A model generated the notes under the pieces. The model saw only the letters and a list, made by a program, of their open reading frames with translations. It made no database searches and had not been told where the DNA came from. From an uncultured bacterium (lineage in GTDB: Bacteria > Patescibacteriota > Minisyncoccia > UBA6257 > 2-01-FULL-56-20): DNA of 64,000 bases. Below are positions 42,934 to 52,759 of this stretch, in pieces. Position 1 is the first letter of the stretch; every line of letters starts with the position of its first letter. Both the position numbers and the translations under genes were made by a program. The stretch lies in assembly GCA_963705915.1 (NCBI GenBank), contig OY970126.1:515552-579551 (forward strand), in the 5' to 3' direction.

Positions 42934-45174
42934 CTATTGCGTGCAACCGGATGGCGGACATTCTTGCCTGCCAGGATTCGAAACGCTGATGTTCACCGTC
43001 TGACTCGCCACATAATTCTGCCAGTTCGGAGGATTACCGTTGCAAGAGATGGAATACGCAACATTACTTGTCGGCGTAACGGACCATGTCCCTTTTACCT
43101 CGTTCGGCCCAACGGCATTGATGTTCTGATCGCTGCTTCCATCGGTTCCCTTCAGTGTGCAACTCGGCGTATTAATATAGTCACATTCATAGGAGAGCGT
43201 CGATGAATTCGGCACGACTACGTTCGTTGGATTTGCCGTGAGCGTACAGCTCGGCGTATTGCCGCACAATCCGGTGCCGTCCCCTGGGCAATTCAAAGAA
43301 GTTTTTGAGAATGTCACCTGGACAGAAGCCGGCGTCGGAATATTGGGACAGCTATTGCCAGTGCATGGCGATGAGGTGCCAGTGAACGAGAGAGTCGCAG
43401 TGGATGTGCCGAGAGGCAAACCGGTTGACGACGCAATCACATTGATCTGGTCGCCCGGACCTCCAACCGAAAGGCCGTTCTGATCACTGAGTGGCGAAGC
43501 GGTAAACGGACAGCTGGTCGTCGCAACGCCGTTGACCGCACAATTTGTGAACGTTGCGTTCCAAGCGAGCGTCGATCCTTGCGTGCCAGCGTTCGTGACC
43601 GTCACACTGCCGGACGGCGATGCTGAATTGAGAGAGAGGGTCGGCGGAGTTAATCCAAAGGCCGCGAGCGGATCCCATTGAATAATGAACGTGGTCTGCT
43701 TGCCAGCGGAAACTTGATTCGATCTCGGATAGCCGGATGGGAAGGAAAACGCTTTTGCAACCGATCCTATGATATTTTCACCGAACGCGACAAGGTTGCT
43801 CCAAAGCGTATTGTTGCTTGCTATCGGAGCGAGCATTTCATTCCCAAATGCATAGCCAGCAGCGGAGCCTGGCGTGGGTATTATTTCATAAGTCGCAGGA
43901 GCTTGGTTCTGATAAATTACGGACGTTACATTGGTGCACGGACCTGCAGTGCAAGGGTTATCACCTCCAGAGCCTGGCTGGAATGACCATGAGGCAGTCA
44001 CAGGGCCATTCGGTGGTATCGACTCTATAGAAGAGACCGAGATACTGCCGGTCGACGGCCCAGTAATTGAGAAATTATCGGAATCAGACTTTGTCTTATC
44101 GGCATTACTCACAACCTTCACGGTAATGTTATTCGGACTGGGAATTTGAGAAGGTGCCGTATAGACCGCCAAGTCAGAGTTGTTCACGTTCGGGACAATT
44201 TTGCCATCAGGATAACTGCCGTTACTATCGCCGTTTACGTACCCATTTACATACCACGTGACTGCAGTGGTTGATGTGCCATTGACCGTGGCGGTATAGT
44301 TGTGTGTTGCACTCGTTTGGATTGAAGGCGGCTGGCTGTTTTGGATTTTAGGACTCAAGGTGACGCTTATCGGCAATGCATGCTGAACAGTGAATGGTGC
44401 GTAGAAACAAACTCTTCCTTGACCCGGGAACGTTTCACCGGTTTCGCAGACCCAAAGAATGTGGACGCCGTCAGAAAGGTTCTTGATATGCGTCGAATCA
44501 GAAAAATTATATTCGTAAATATTATTATTCGGCCCAGGGGAAGGATTCAAGCACGTCGGCCACGTCGATGTTGCAGCCTGATCAAGTTTTAAAGCATATG
44601 GATACGAGGCCCCCCCATCGAAACTATAGGTGGGATTCGTAACGGTTACCCAGGGTGCGAGTGGAACATCTGGCTTGTTAAAAGGATGACACGTTAACGT
44701 ACCGATTGTATCCCCCGACCAAAGACCCTCGTATCCATCGGCGATGTTTATCGAAGTGTCGGCATTCACGTCCGGCGTTATACTATTAGTATTCAAAGCG
44801 TCCCGCGTTGGCGTGTCGCACGTGCCCGGTCCGCATGCCCCGCCAAAGTAAAAACTTGCCCATGCCGAATCCGAAGGATTCGACTTGTCAGTCGCAACAA
44901 CATACATCGTGGGTATATACTTTACACCGCCCGGCGGGACTGTGTAATACCCCGATGCCGAAATGGTCCCGAGGGCCGAGTTGCCGCCGACCACGCCATT
45001 CACACTCCAAGTGACGCCGGTGGTTCCACAATTCGAAGCCGTAAATTGCTGCTCTCCACCTTTTACGCCTTGACCAGAAGGCGAAATACTGCAGGCAAAA
45101 GCAGAAGTCTTGAGGCCTCCCACCGCGAGAGCTGCGACCGCTATGATTGCCGCAAAAAATATCTTTTTATACAT
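42934..45174 (-). CDS. Large secreted Cys-containing surface protein (746 aa), possible pilus-associated adhesin
   Basis: Signal peptide MYKKIFFAAIIAVAALAVGG. Ser/Thr/Asn-rich beta-type composition. Lies adjacent to the pseudopilin genes. Confidence 0.6.
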   Translation of the reverse strand: MYKKIFFAAIIAVAALAVGGLKTSAFACSISPSGQGVKGGEQQFTASNCGTTGVTWSVNGVVGGNSALGTISASGYYTVPPGGVKYIPTMYVVATDKSNPSDSAWASFYFGGACGPGTCDTPTRDALNTNSITPDVNADTSINIADGYEGLWSGDTIGTLTCHPFNKPDVPLAPWVTVTNPTYSFDGGASYPYALKLDQAATSTWPTCLNPSPGPNNNIYEYNFSDSTHIKNLSDGVHILWVCETGETFPGQGRVCFYAPFTVQHALPISVTLSPKIQNSQPPSIQTSATHNYTATVNGTSTTAVTWYVNGYVNGDSNGSYPDGKIVPNVNNSDLAVYTAPSQIPSPNNITVKVVSNADKTKSDSDNFSITGPSTGSISVSSIESIPPNGPVTASWSFQPGSGGDNPCTAGPCTNVTSVIYQNQAPATYEIIPTPGSAAGYAFGNEMLAPIASNNTLWSNLVAFGENIIGSVAKAFSFPSGYPRSNQVSAGKQTTFIIQWDPLAAFGLTPPTLSLNSASPSGSVTVTNAGTQGSTLAWNATFTNCAVNGVATTSCPFTASPLSDQNGLSVGGPGDQINVIASSTGLPLGTSTATLSFTGTSSPCTGNSCPNIPTPASVQVTFSKTSLNCPGDGTGLCGNTPSCTLTANPTNVVVPNSSTLSYECDYINTPSCTLKGTDGSSDQNINAVGPNEVKGTWSVTPTSNVAYSISCNGNPPNWQNYVASQTVNISVSNPGRQECPPSGCTQ

Positions 45175-45175
45175 A

Positions 45176-45667
45176 TTATTGAGATGATTCGGTATAGCTC
45201 ACCGTTATGGTCGACCCGCTTCCTTGAGGTTCGACAACAATATCCACGTCGTGGCCATTGCCGTCACCTGCTGCCATCCCGAGAAAATTCGCTTGCGATT
45301 GCTGATTGCTGATCGTCCATTGATTTGCCTGGAAATATGAAAAATATTCGTCGAAGATCGTATTCGCCGAACTTGATGAGTTCCAAGTCGCAGTGTACTG
45401 GGTTGTACCCGAAGCGTTTATAGTGTAACTCGTAGCAACAGTCGCCGAGGGATCCATGATGAGGCTCTGCGGAAATCCCGAGACAACCTGACCTTGTGAT
45501 GCATACGAAATTCCATTTGAATTCGCGGATCCCGTCTGCGTTGATCCTGGCTGTGTCGTCGGAGAACCTGGTCTCCAACCAACAAGAAGGACAACGGCGA
45601 TAATAATCACCACCACAACACCTATCCAGACCCAGACGTTTCCCTTCCGGTTGTCCTGCATATGCAA
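45176..45667 (-). CDS. Hypothetical membrane-anchored protein (163 aa)
   Basis: N-terminal TM helix VWVWIGVVVVIIIAVVLLVGW followed by a Thr/Ser-rich domain. Confidence 0.5.
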   Translation of the reverse strand: MHMQDNRKGNVWVWIGVVVVIIIAVVLLVGWRPGSPTTQPGSTQTGSANSNGISYASQGQVVSGFPQSLIMDPSATVATSYTINASGTTQYTATWNSSSSANTIFDEYFSYFQANQWTISNQQSQANFLGMAAGDGNGHDVDIVVEPQGSGSTITVSYTESSQ

Positions 45668-45722
45668 TTATCATACCAAACGCGTTTCCCAACTGTGTGG
45701 ATATCTTGCGGGCAATCCGCGC

Positions 45723-46370
45723 TTAACACGCCCCGCCGGAGGTGCAATCGATTTGGCGGGCGCTTACCGTTGTTTCAAAATGGAGCGTCGTACTCTGAAC
45801 GGCAGGATCGGTGCTGCTTGGGCTCACGCCGAGCATGATCGTGATGCGCGGTGGCCACTGGTCGCCTTCTATCTGTCCCATCATTTGGAATGTGAGATAA
45901 TCCACCTTCACGTCATCGCCGGTGAGCGGCCCCGGCACGTCACCGTTTTCGAGACTCGCCGAACGCATGAGCGTGCTGCTATCAAGCGTGTACTCAACAA
46001 GCTCATCCTGCGCGTTGTAGAATTCGATCGTAGGACATGTCCAAATCGGATCGCCGTTGTTCGGCTGAACGTTGCACCCGAGCGGCTGATTGTTTTCAAG
46101 GCCACAATCAGCATCAAGTTGCGTACTATTCGGCGTGTGGCAGAAAAGATAACCGGTACGAATTTCGCGGGCCATCTGCTCGATCGAAAGGCTCACGTTA
46201 TCTTCCGAAGAAAGGAGCAATGCGGTTTCGCGCTGGGTATGGATCGCACTCACGAATCCGCCAATCGCGATCGCCGTGAGAACGGAAAAGAGCAAGATCG
46301 AGACGAGCACCTCGACAAGCGTAAATCCGCTTTCGGAAGAATGATTATTGTGGTTAGGGGTGCCAGTCAT
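45723..46370 (-). CDS. Type IV pilin-like (minor/pseudopilin) protein. The track ORF extends to 46451; likely start MTGTP at 46370.
   Basis: Class III signal: ...SSESG|FTLVEVLVSILLFSVL (G, then F+1, E+5). Confidence 0.65.
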   Translation of the reverse strand: MTGTPNHNNHSSESGFTLVEVLVSILLFSVLTAIAIGGFVSAIHTQRETALLLSSEDNVSLSIEQMAREIRTGYLFCHTPNSTQLDADCGLENNQPLGCNVQPNNGDPIWTCPTIEFYNAQDELVEYTLDSSTLMRSASLENGDVPGPLTGDDVKVDYLTFQMMGQIEGDQWPPRITIMLGVSPSSTDPAVQSTTLHFETTVSARQIDCTSGGAC

Positions 46371-46857
46371 AGAAATGGTCTTCGAGGATGAGTTGGCTGC
46401 TAAACGGAGTTCCCGCGTTCCAGGTGACGACCGACTCCACGTCGATTTCACTCGGTGACGGCGAAGAAAGGATTATCTGGCGGCTAAAGATCGTCGATGT
46501 GCCGTTCGTATAGCCATAGGTGTTATTAACCGAATTAAAAACAAGAGGCCTGTTCCTCGCATTAATCAACGATGTCGAATCGTACGAAACGAGCGCTTGC
46601 ACGCCATTGCAATTAAAGTTGCAGAGCGCGCCCCATCCAAGCGATGGATCATAGACGTCATGGTCAATGATATTTTTGGTGACTTCGATGCCCTCGGCAG
46701 CAAGGTACACGGCGATGTCTTGGTTGGTGGTTGTCCGCGTGATGAAAAATGATTGCGTGAGAAGCGCGGCGATACCGAGAAACGCCGTCGTGAGCATGGT
46801 GAGCGCAACGATGGTTTCGATGAGCGTCTGCCCCGAGCGGTTGCGGTTGCTCGCCAT
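46354..46857 (-). CDS. Type IV pilin-like (pseudopilin) protein
   Basis: RNRSG|QTLIETIVALTMLT prepilin leader with Glu at +5. Confidence 0.65.
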   Translation of the reverse strand: MASNRNRSGQTLIETIVALTMLTTAFLGIAALLTQSFFITRTTTNQDIAVYLAAEGIEVTKNIIDHDVYDPSLGWGALCNFNCNGVQALVSYDSTSLINARNRPLVFNSVNNTYGYTNGTSTIFSRQIILSSPSPSEIDVESVVTWNAGTPFSSQLILEDHFYDWHP

Positions 46858-46860
46858 GGG

Positions 46861-47487
46861 CTAAAAACTTACCTGGCCCGTTGGGCCTATTTCGATATTT
46901 TCCGTTGCCGTGCCGTCAACGGTCTCAAGGTTCACATACGACGTCGACGTCGTTTCAAAAGCATTGCGACGCAAAGGGCTTAGCATATCCACAGTCTGCA
47001 CCATAAGCGTTGCGGGCTGGGGAGGATAGAACATGATGACCGATGCGCTCAAACAGTTCGTCGTGTCGTTGATCATCGTGACGCCTTGCGCCACGGGTAT
47101 TTGCCACGTGCCGTTGCTATACGGCACGATATCGTTTAACAAAAACGTCGACGAATTTTCAACAGTCGCGAGCGTGGGGCACACCCCGGTTTTTTGCGCA
47201 CTCTGCGGGCTATACACAAAGAGGGAATATTTGTTGGCTGCAATATCAAAATACACGCCATAGCCGCAAGCAGGGGTTGAACTCGGGGCGCTATACGTTG
47301 CAACGGCGAGTTGTTTTGCCTGAAGGATAACACCCGCAATCTTTGCCGATTGCACCGAAAGGGTAATTTGGTTGCGGCTTGTCCCGCTATAGACGATGAC
47401 AATCGTCACAATGAACGTGATGATTGCAATCACGACGAGAAGTTCGACAATCGTAAAGCCGCGCCTGCCGTTCACGTTATTCACCAT
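46861..47487 (-). CDS. Type IV pilin-like (pseudopilin, GspH/FimT-like) protein
   Basis: GRRG|FTIVELLVVIAIITFIV is a canonical prepilin N-terminus. Confidence 0.7.
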   Translation of the reverse strand: MVNNVNGRRGFTIVELLVVIAIITFIVTIVIVYSGTSRNQITLSVQSAKIAGVILQAKQLAVATYSAPSSTPACGYGVYFDIAANKYSLFVYSPQSAQKTGVCPTLATVENSSTFLLNDIVPYSNGTWQIPVAQGVTMINDTTNCLSASVIMFYPPQPATLMVQTVDMLSPLRRNAFETTSTSYVNLETVDGTATENIEIGPTGQVSF

Positions 47488-47513
47488 TTTATTTTACCAT
47501 AGGAGTTCCGGGG

Positions 47514-48371
47514 CTAGAGGCCGCCGATGTGAAGATATCCGCTCGTCACGGCATAGCTTCCAAAGAAAACGATTGCCGCCCCGATCGCAAGAAACGGGGC
47601 GAACGGCAGCGTGCCTTTCATATTCTTTTTGCCCCGAACGATGAGCGCGATCCCCACGACCGCACCAATAATAAAGGCACCGGCAACGAGAACCATGATG
47701 TCCGGCCAGCCGAATATGAGGCCGAGCGGAAACGCGAGCTTCACGTCGCCCATCCCCATCCCCTTTCCGCGCGTTGCAACGACGAGGATAAAGAAGAATA
47801 GGCACGCGATCACCGCAGCCGCAAGATGATTAAGGAGAATATTTTCCTGCAATCCAAAAAATCCCGCATACGAACCAAAGAGCGAATGGTTCGCAGGGCC
47901 GAAATAGCCGCCGAGCGTTGTGATGAAAAATATGCCGAGCACGCCGAGGGCAAAACTCAATTCATCCGGAATGATGCCGAGACGCAAATCGATACACGCA
48001 ATGAGGAGCAGTATTTCGAACACGACCACCCACAATGTTGAAACAACAATGAGCGGTTCGCCCGGGCCGGTGAGCATGTAGGTGACGATCGGAACGAATG
48101 TAAAAATGCACGCCGAGAGCAACTCGACGATTGGATATTGCCAACCGATGCGCGCGCCGCAGTGCCGGCACTTTCGGTTTTGGATGATAAAACTCACGAC
48201 CGGAATGAGCTCGTACCAGTGGAGCGTTTCGCCGCAGTGCGGACAGTGCGAACGGCCACCGATCACATTCGGGTCCGCCACCACACGCTCGCCGTCGTAT
48301 CGAAGCGATACCACGTTCAAAAAACTGCCGATCATGAGGCCGAAGATGAAGAGGATTATCTCTGCGGGCAT
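47514..48371 (-). CDS. pilD: Prepilin peptidase (A24 family)
   Basis: N-terminal Zn-binding CPHCGETL...CRHCGARI, catalytic Asp regions including GMGDVKLAFPLG. Polytopic. Confidence 0.9.
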   Translation of the reverse strand: MPAEIILFIFGLMIGSFLNVVSLRYDGERVVADPNVIGGRSHCPHCGETLHWYELIPVVSFIIQNRKCRHCGARIGWQYPIVELLSACIFTFVPIVTYMLTGPGEPLIVVSTLWVVVFEILLLIACIDLRLGIIPDELSFALGVLGIFFITTLGGYFGPANHSLFGSYAGFFGLQENILLNHLAAAVIACLFFFILVVATRGKGMGMGDVKLAFPLGLIFGWPDIMVLVAGAFIIGAVVGIALIVRGKKNMKGTLPFAPFLAIGAAIVFFGSYAVTSGYLHIGGL

Positions 48372-48520
48372 GAGGTCATTCTAGCACGGAGATTATTGCG
48401 TCGAGGTCAGCCCGTCCCGAGCTTTCGTTCAACAGCGTCCATGCCAAGAACTCTACGCCGCCGCCAAACGCTGTCAAAACTTTTTTAATGAATTTTTAAT
48501 GTTAACCATATCGTGAATTC

Positions 48521-48546
48521 AAAAACCCCGCTTTGCGGGGGTTTTT
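48521..48546. terminator. Intrinsic terminator (aaaaaccccgc-tttg-gcgggggttttt), symmetric
   Basis: Perfect 6-bp GC hairpin flanked by A5 and T5, downstream of pilA (minus strand). Confidence 0.6.
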
Positions 48547-48576
48547 GAATATCTTTAGCTAGGAATCCTTACTCTT

Positions 48577-49089
48577 CTAAAGAGTTACGCAATACTCAGG
48601 AGCAGCACAGGTCGAGATAGTATCTCCAGAAGGATTGCTCGGAAGCGTTGGCGGATTATAGCCGTCAAAAACAGTACCGCTTCCATTTTCCATGGTTGCC
48701 TGTATGACGTACGTTGTTGCTGGAGCAGTCGTGTTCTCTGCAAACAAATAAACATATTTGTTGGTGTTTATTGGATCGCTTGGAATGGAACTCACACCAA
48801 TACCAGCCGTCCCAACAAGGTCGGCTCCCATTGTATTATAGTACGTCCCCCCCGTTTCCGTCTGGCCGCCAATAATGGTAGCCGCTCCGCAATTCGCCGT
48901 ACCCGGATAGAAACCGCATTTGTTGTAGTAAAGTTCGAGACCATTCTGGATTTCATGGATGTCCGAGACACGTCGAGCGTCTCTTCCAGCCTGTTGCGTC
49001 GGGCCAAGACCCACCAAGACAACAGACGCCAAGATGGCGATGATAGCAACGACGATCAGGATTTCGATAAGGGTGAAACCTTTTTTCAT
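48577..49089 (-). CDS. pilA: Type IV major pilin
   Basis: MKKG|FTLIEILIVVAIIAILASVV is a canonical short-leader type IVa pilin. 170 aa with C-terminal Cys residues. Confidence 0.8.
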   Translation of the reverse strand: MKKGFTLIEILIVVAIIAILASVVLVGLGPTQQAGRDARRVSDIHEIQNGLELYYNKCGFYPGTANCGAATIIGGQTETGGTYYNTMGADLVGTAGIGVSSIPSDPINTNKYVYLFAENTTAPATTYVIQATMENGSGTVFDGYNPPTLPSNPSGDTISTCAAPEYCVTL

Positions 49090-49191
49090 GAAAGTTTAAT
49101 GAATTTTCCCTTCATCATTCGACCTTTCTTATGTATCCAGTATAACAGATGATTTTTCTCGGCCTGTGGAAAGAGGCTGGATAATGGCTCT

Positions 49192-50322
49192 CTATTTTTC
49201 GAACAATCCCACATATTCGTGGAGTTCAAATGAACGATTCCGTGAAAGCCCCGTCTTTTCCTTGAGAATGCCTTTATTTTCAAACTCCTTTACGAGTCGG
49301 GTTGCGGTAACAAAAGCAACATCAAGCTTGTCGGCGATCTGATTGATACTGAGGATTGGCTGGGAGAAAAGCATGATCAGGAGTTGTTGGCCCAATTCCG
49401 CACGTCTGCCCATTTCTATAATCTTTTTCTCGTAACGGCGGCGCAGGGTGATGATTTTTTCAAAAGTCGCCTTCCCTTTTGTGGCAGTTTCGACCACTCC
49501 GGTCAGAAAAAATTTGATCCATTGCTCGATATCGCTCGATGCTCGAACAACCGTAAGGGCGTCGTAGTAAGCTCCTTTGTGCCGTTCAAAAAAATCTGAA
49601 AGGTATAACGTCGGCTTTGCAAGAATGCCGGCTTCAACGAGTTGAAGGGTTATAAGCAGACGGCCGGTTCTGCCGTTGCCGTCGAGAAAGGGATGTATAG
49701 TCTCAAATTGGTAGTGGCTCATGGCAGACTTCACGAGTAGCGGGATCTCGAGATCTTTGTTGTGCCAGAATTTTTCGAGATCGGAAAGTAGTTCCGGTAA
49801 TTCAGTTGGATGTGGAGGCACAAAGACTGCGTTTTGGAGGTTTGAACCTCCTATCCAATTCTGGCTTGTCCGAATTTCGCCAGGCGTTTTGTGTTCTCCG
49901 CGTACACTCGTAAGGAGAATCTTATGGGCATTCCTCAGCAACCTCATCGAAAGTGGAACAGCTTCAAGCTCGTTAATGGCATAATTCATGGCTGAGATAT
50001 AATTCTGCACTTCTTTCCAATCATCGCGTCGCTCGGGATTGATATCTTCTTTCGGTTGGAGGGCCTCTTCTATGCGAGTTTTCGTTCCCTCAATGCGGCT
50101 GGAGGTTATCGCTTCTTTGGCGATGTGCATCCTTATGAAATAATTCACGTCGGGAACAAGCGTGGAATAGGCATTCAATTCGCCAAGAAGACGCATTGCC
50201 TCTGCAAGTAATACGTTGACCTTCTGGTCTTCCCACATAAAAGGCTTATTGATAAATGAGGGACTAAAACTTTTATATTGATCCTGCCGCACGTAGGTGC
50301 CGGATGTAAATGTTGTTTTCAT
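49192..50322 (-). CDS. fic: Fic-family protein (class II, with N-terminal inhibitory motif), putative AMP-transferase
   Basis: Canonical Fic motif [13 protein letters not shown]-terminal TSSRIEG fits the [S/T]xxxE[G/N] alpha-inh motif. C-terminal wHTH-like region. Confidence 0.85.
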   Translation of the reverse strand: MKTTFTSGTYVRQDQYKSFSPSFINKPFMWEDQKVNVLLAEAMRLLGELNAYSTLVPDVNYFIRMHIAKEAITSSRIEGTKTRIEEALQPKEDINPERRDDWKEVQNYISAMNYAINELEAVPLSMRLLRNAHKILLTSVRGEHKTPGEIRTSQNWIGGSNLQNAVFVPPHPTELPELLSDLEKFWHNKDLEIPLLVKSAMSHYQFETIHPFLDGNGRTGRLLITLQLVEAGILAKPTLYLSDFFERHKGAYYDALTVVRASSDIEQWIKFFLTGVVETATKGKATFEKIITLRRRYEKKIIEMGRRAELGQQLLIMLFSQPILSINQIADKLDVAFVTATRLVKEFENKGILKEKTGLSRNRSFELHEYVGLFEK

Positions 50323-50398
50323 AAGTGGAAATAAGGATTTCTTTATTTACACTTTAGCATATAAAGTGGAAATAAGCAAAATCTTGTTTACACTTCCT

Positions 50399-51610
50399 CT
50401 ACGAGAAGCTCGCCGTGAGCCGATAAATTGGAATGAGCACCGAGGCAAAGAGCAGTCCAACCATAATGCCCATGCCGATGATGAGAATCGGCTGGATGAG
50501 CTCAACGAGGTTGCCGGTCACCTGGTCGGCTTCGCGGGTGTAGATGCCGGCAAGCCGGCTGAACATATCTTCTATCTTGCCGGTTGTCTCGCCCACGGCA
50601 ACCATCTGCGAAACGAGCGCCGGGAAAAAATCGGGATATTTTGCGATGCTCGCGGAGAGCAGTTCGCCTTGCCGCACGTCTTGGGCGATCTGGTGGATCA
50701 CATCGCGGTACAGTGAATTATCAACCATGTGGCCGATGATCTCGAGCGCTTGCGCGATCGGGATGCCGCCGTGCACGAGGAGGGCCGCGGCGTTGCCAAA
50801 GCGGGCGATCACAACCGGCATGTAGACTTGCTTTGCAACCGGCAAGCGCATTTTGAGTTCGTCCGCAATCGTCTGCCCTTCCGCGGTCTGGAAATAATCA
50901 AAACCCACGATGCCGAGGACGACAACCGCGATGATGATTGCCGGCCACCATTTTCCGAGGAATGATCCTACTTTGAGGAGAATGTTGGTGTACCACGGGA
51001 GCGCCACGTTGTTCTGCGCGAATACCTGACCGAGCTGGGGATAGACGAACGTGACAATAATGAAGGCAACGACAACAAAGACCACGAGCACGATTGAAGG
51101 GTAGATGAGCGCGGACGCTGCCTTTGATGCGAGGTCGCCTTCTTTTTCCGTGTAATCGGCAAGGAACACGGCGATTTCGTTGAGATTGCCGGTCACTTCT
51201 GAGGCCCGGATCATCTCAACATAATAGTCGGGAAATACTTTCCCCTGCCGCTCCATCGCCTGCGAAAACGAAAGGCCGGCGTCGATGTCTTGCGTGATAT
51301 CGAGGATCGCCCCTTTGAGCTTGGTGTTCGTGGTCTGCTGGGCGAGAATTTTGAGGGCGCTATTCAAGGGAAGACGGGCTTCGAGGAGCGTTGCAAGCTG
51401 GCGGGCAAAAACGATCATATCTTTGCGGCCCACCCGATTGAAGAAATCGGCAACGGAGTCGAGTATACTCGGCGCCTCGGTTGCCGAGAGGCTCATCACA
51501 AACAGGTTGTGGCTGTTCAAAACAACGACGGCGCTGTCGCGGTCGCTTGCTTCCACAAAGCCCACCTGCAATTCCCCGTCGCGTGTTTTGGCTTGATATT
51601 TGAACTTCAT
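50399..51610 (-). CDS. pilC: Type IV pilus assembly platform protein (GspF/PilC family)
   Basis: Two GspF repeats with three TM segments. Sits between pilT and pilA. Confidence 0.9.
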   Translation of the reverse strand: MKFKYQAKTRDGELQVGFVEASDRDSAVVVLNSHNLFVMSLSATEAPSILDSVADFFNRVGRKDMIVFARQLATLLEARLPLNSALKILAQQTTNTKLKGAILDITQDIDAGLSFSQAMERQGKVFPDYYVEMIRASEVTGNLNEIAVFLADYTEKEGDLASKAASALIYPSIVLVVFVVVAFIIVTFVYPQLGQVFAQNNVALPWYTNILLKVGSFLGKWWPAIIIAVVVLGIVGFDYFQTAEGQTIADELKMRLPVAKQVYMPVVIARFGNAAALLVHGGIPIAQALEIIGHMVDNSLYRDVIHQIAQDVRQGELLSASIAKYPDFFPALVSQMVAVGETTGKIEDMFSRLAGIYTREADQVTGNLVELIQPILIIGMGIMVGLLFASVLIPIYRLTASFS

Positions 51611-52680
51611 GTGCGCTCAAGCAAGATGCGTAACTCGGCGGGATTCAAAGAATAGAGTTCGCCGTTGTCGAGGGAGATTTCTTTGTTCTTGATGAGGTTC
51701 ACGAGCGAGCGGTTGAGCGTCACCATCCCCTCCTGCAAACTGGTTTCGATGACGAGGTCGATCTGATAGGTCTTGCGTTCGCGGATGAGATTGCGGATGG
51801 CGGGATTCACGATCATGATTTCCATGGATGGTATGCGGCCGCCGGAAATTCTCGGAAGCAAGCGCTCGGAGACGATTGCAACAAGCGTGGCGGCGAGCTG
51901 TGACGTGACCTGCCCCTGCTGCTCGGCCGGGAATGAGTCGATGATGCGGTCGATCGTCTGCGCCGCTGAGTTTGTGTGGAGTGTGGAGAGCACCAAGTGA
52001 CCGGTTTCCGCTGCAGTCATGGCGGTCGAAATGGAAACCGCGTCGCGCATTTCGCCGATCATGATCACGTCGGGGTCTTGGCGAAGCACGGTTCTCAAAG
52101 CGGAATGGAAGCTTGTGGCGTCGCTCCCGATTTCGCGTTGCGAGACAATGCAGCGGTCTTGGTTAAAAAGATATTCAACGGGATCTTCGATCGTAATAAT
52201 ATGGTCCGAGCGCGTGTGGTTCACTTCGTCGAGGAGCGCGGCGAGCGTGGAAGACTTGCCGTGCCCCGCCGGACCCACAACAAGGATGAATCCTTGTGAC
52301 AATTTTGAAAAATCATGGAGCAATGGCGGCAGGTTGAGTTCTTCTATTGTCTTGATGCGGTTTGGCACCAAACGAAGCGCTGCGGCGAGATAGCCACGCT
52401 GAAAATATACGTTCACGCGGAAGCGCGCTTTGTCTTCAAAGCTGTAGGCAAAGTCCACCTGGCGCTGGGTAATCAGTTTTGCTTTCTGTTCCGGGCTGAT
52501 GAGTTCCCCTACAATGCCTTCCGCCTCTTCCGGCGTCATGATCGGCTCTTTTTGGAGCGGCACGAGCACGCCGTCGATGCGGAGCGTTGGCCGCCGGCCG
52601 ACCGCAAGATGCAAGTCGGAAGCATTTTGCTTTGCGCACGCCGTGAGAAGATCGTTCAGCTTTTGTTTATAGTCGTCCAT
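51607..52680 (-). CDS. pilT: Twitching-motility/retraction ATPase PilT
   Basis: Walker A GPAGHGKSST, Asp box, Walker B, and the His box TLHTNSAAQTIDRI. About 357 aa, typical PilT size. Confidence 0.9.
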   Translation of the reverse strand: MDDYKQKLNDLLTACAKQNASDLHLAVGRRPTLRIDGVLVPLQKEPIMTPEEAEGIVGELISPEQKAKLITQRQVDFAYSFEDKARFRVNVYFQRGYLAAALRLVPNRIKTIEELNLPPLLHDFSKLSQGFILVVGPAGHGKSSTLAALLDEVNHTRSDHIITIEDPVEYLFNQDRCIVSQREIGSDATSFHSALRTVLRQDPDVIMIGEMRDAVSISTAMTAAETGHLVLSTLHTNSAAQTIDRIIDSFPAEQQGQVTSQLAATLVAIVSERLLPRISGGRIPSMEIMIVNPAIRNLIRERKTYQIDLVIETSLQEGMVTLNRSLVNLIKNKEISLDNGELYSLNPAELRILLERT

Positions 52681-52759
52681 AATGATGGCTTTTCTTCATT
52701 GTATCATATGCGAACCGAGGCGAGGCGGCCTCTAAAAACACCTATTACAAGAAAAACCC

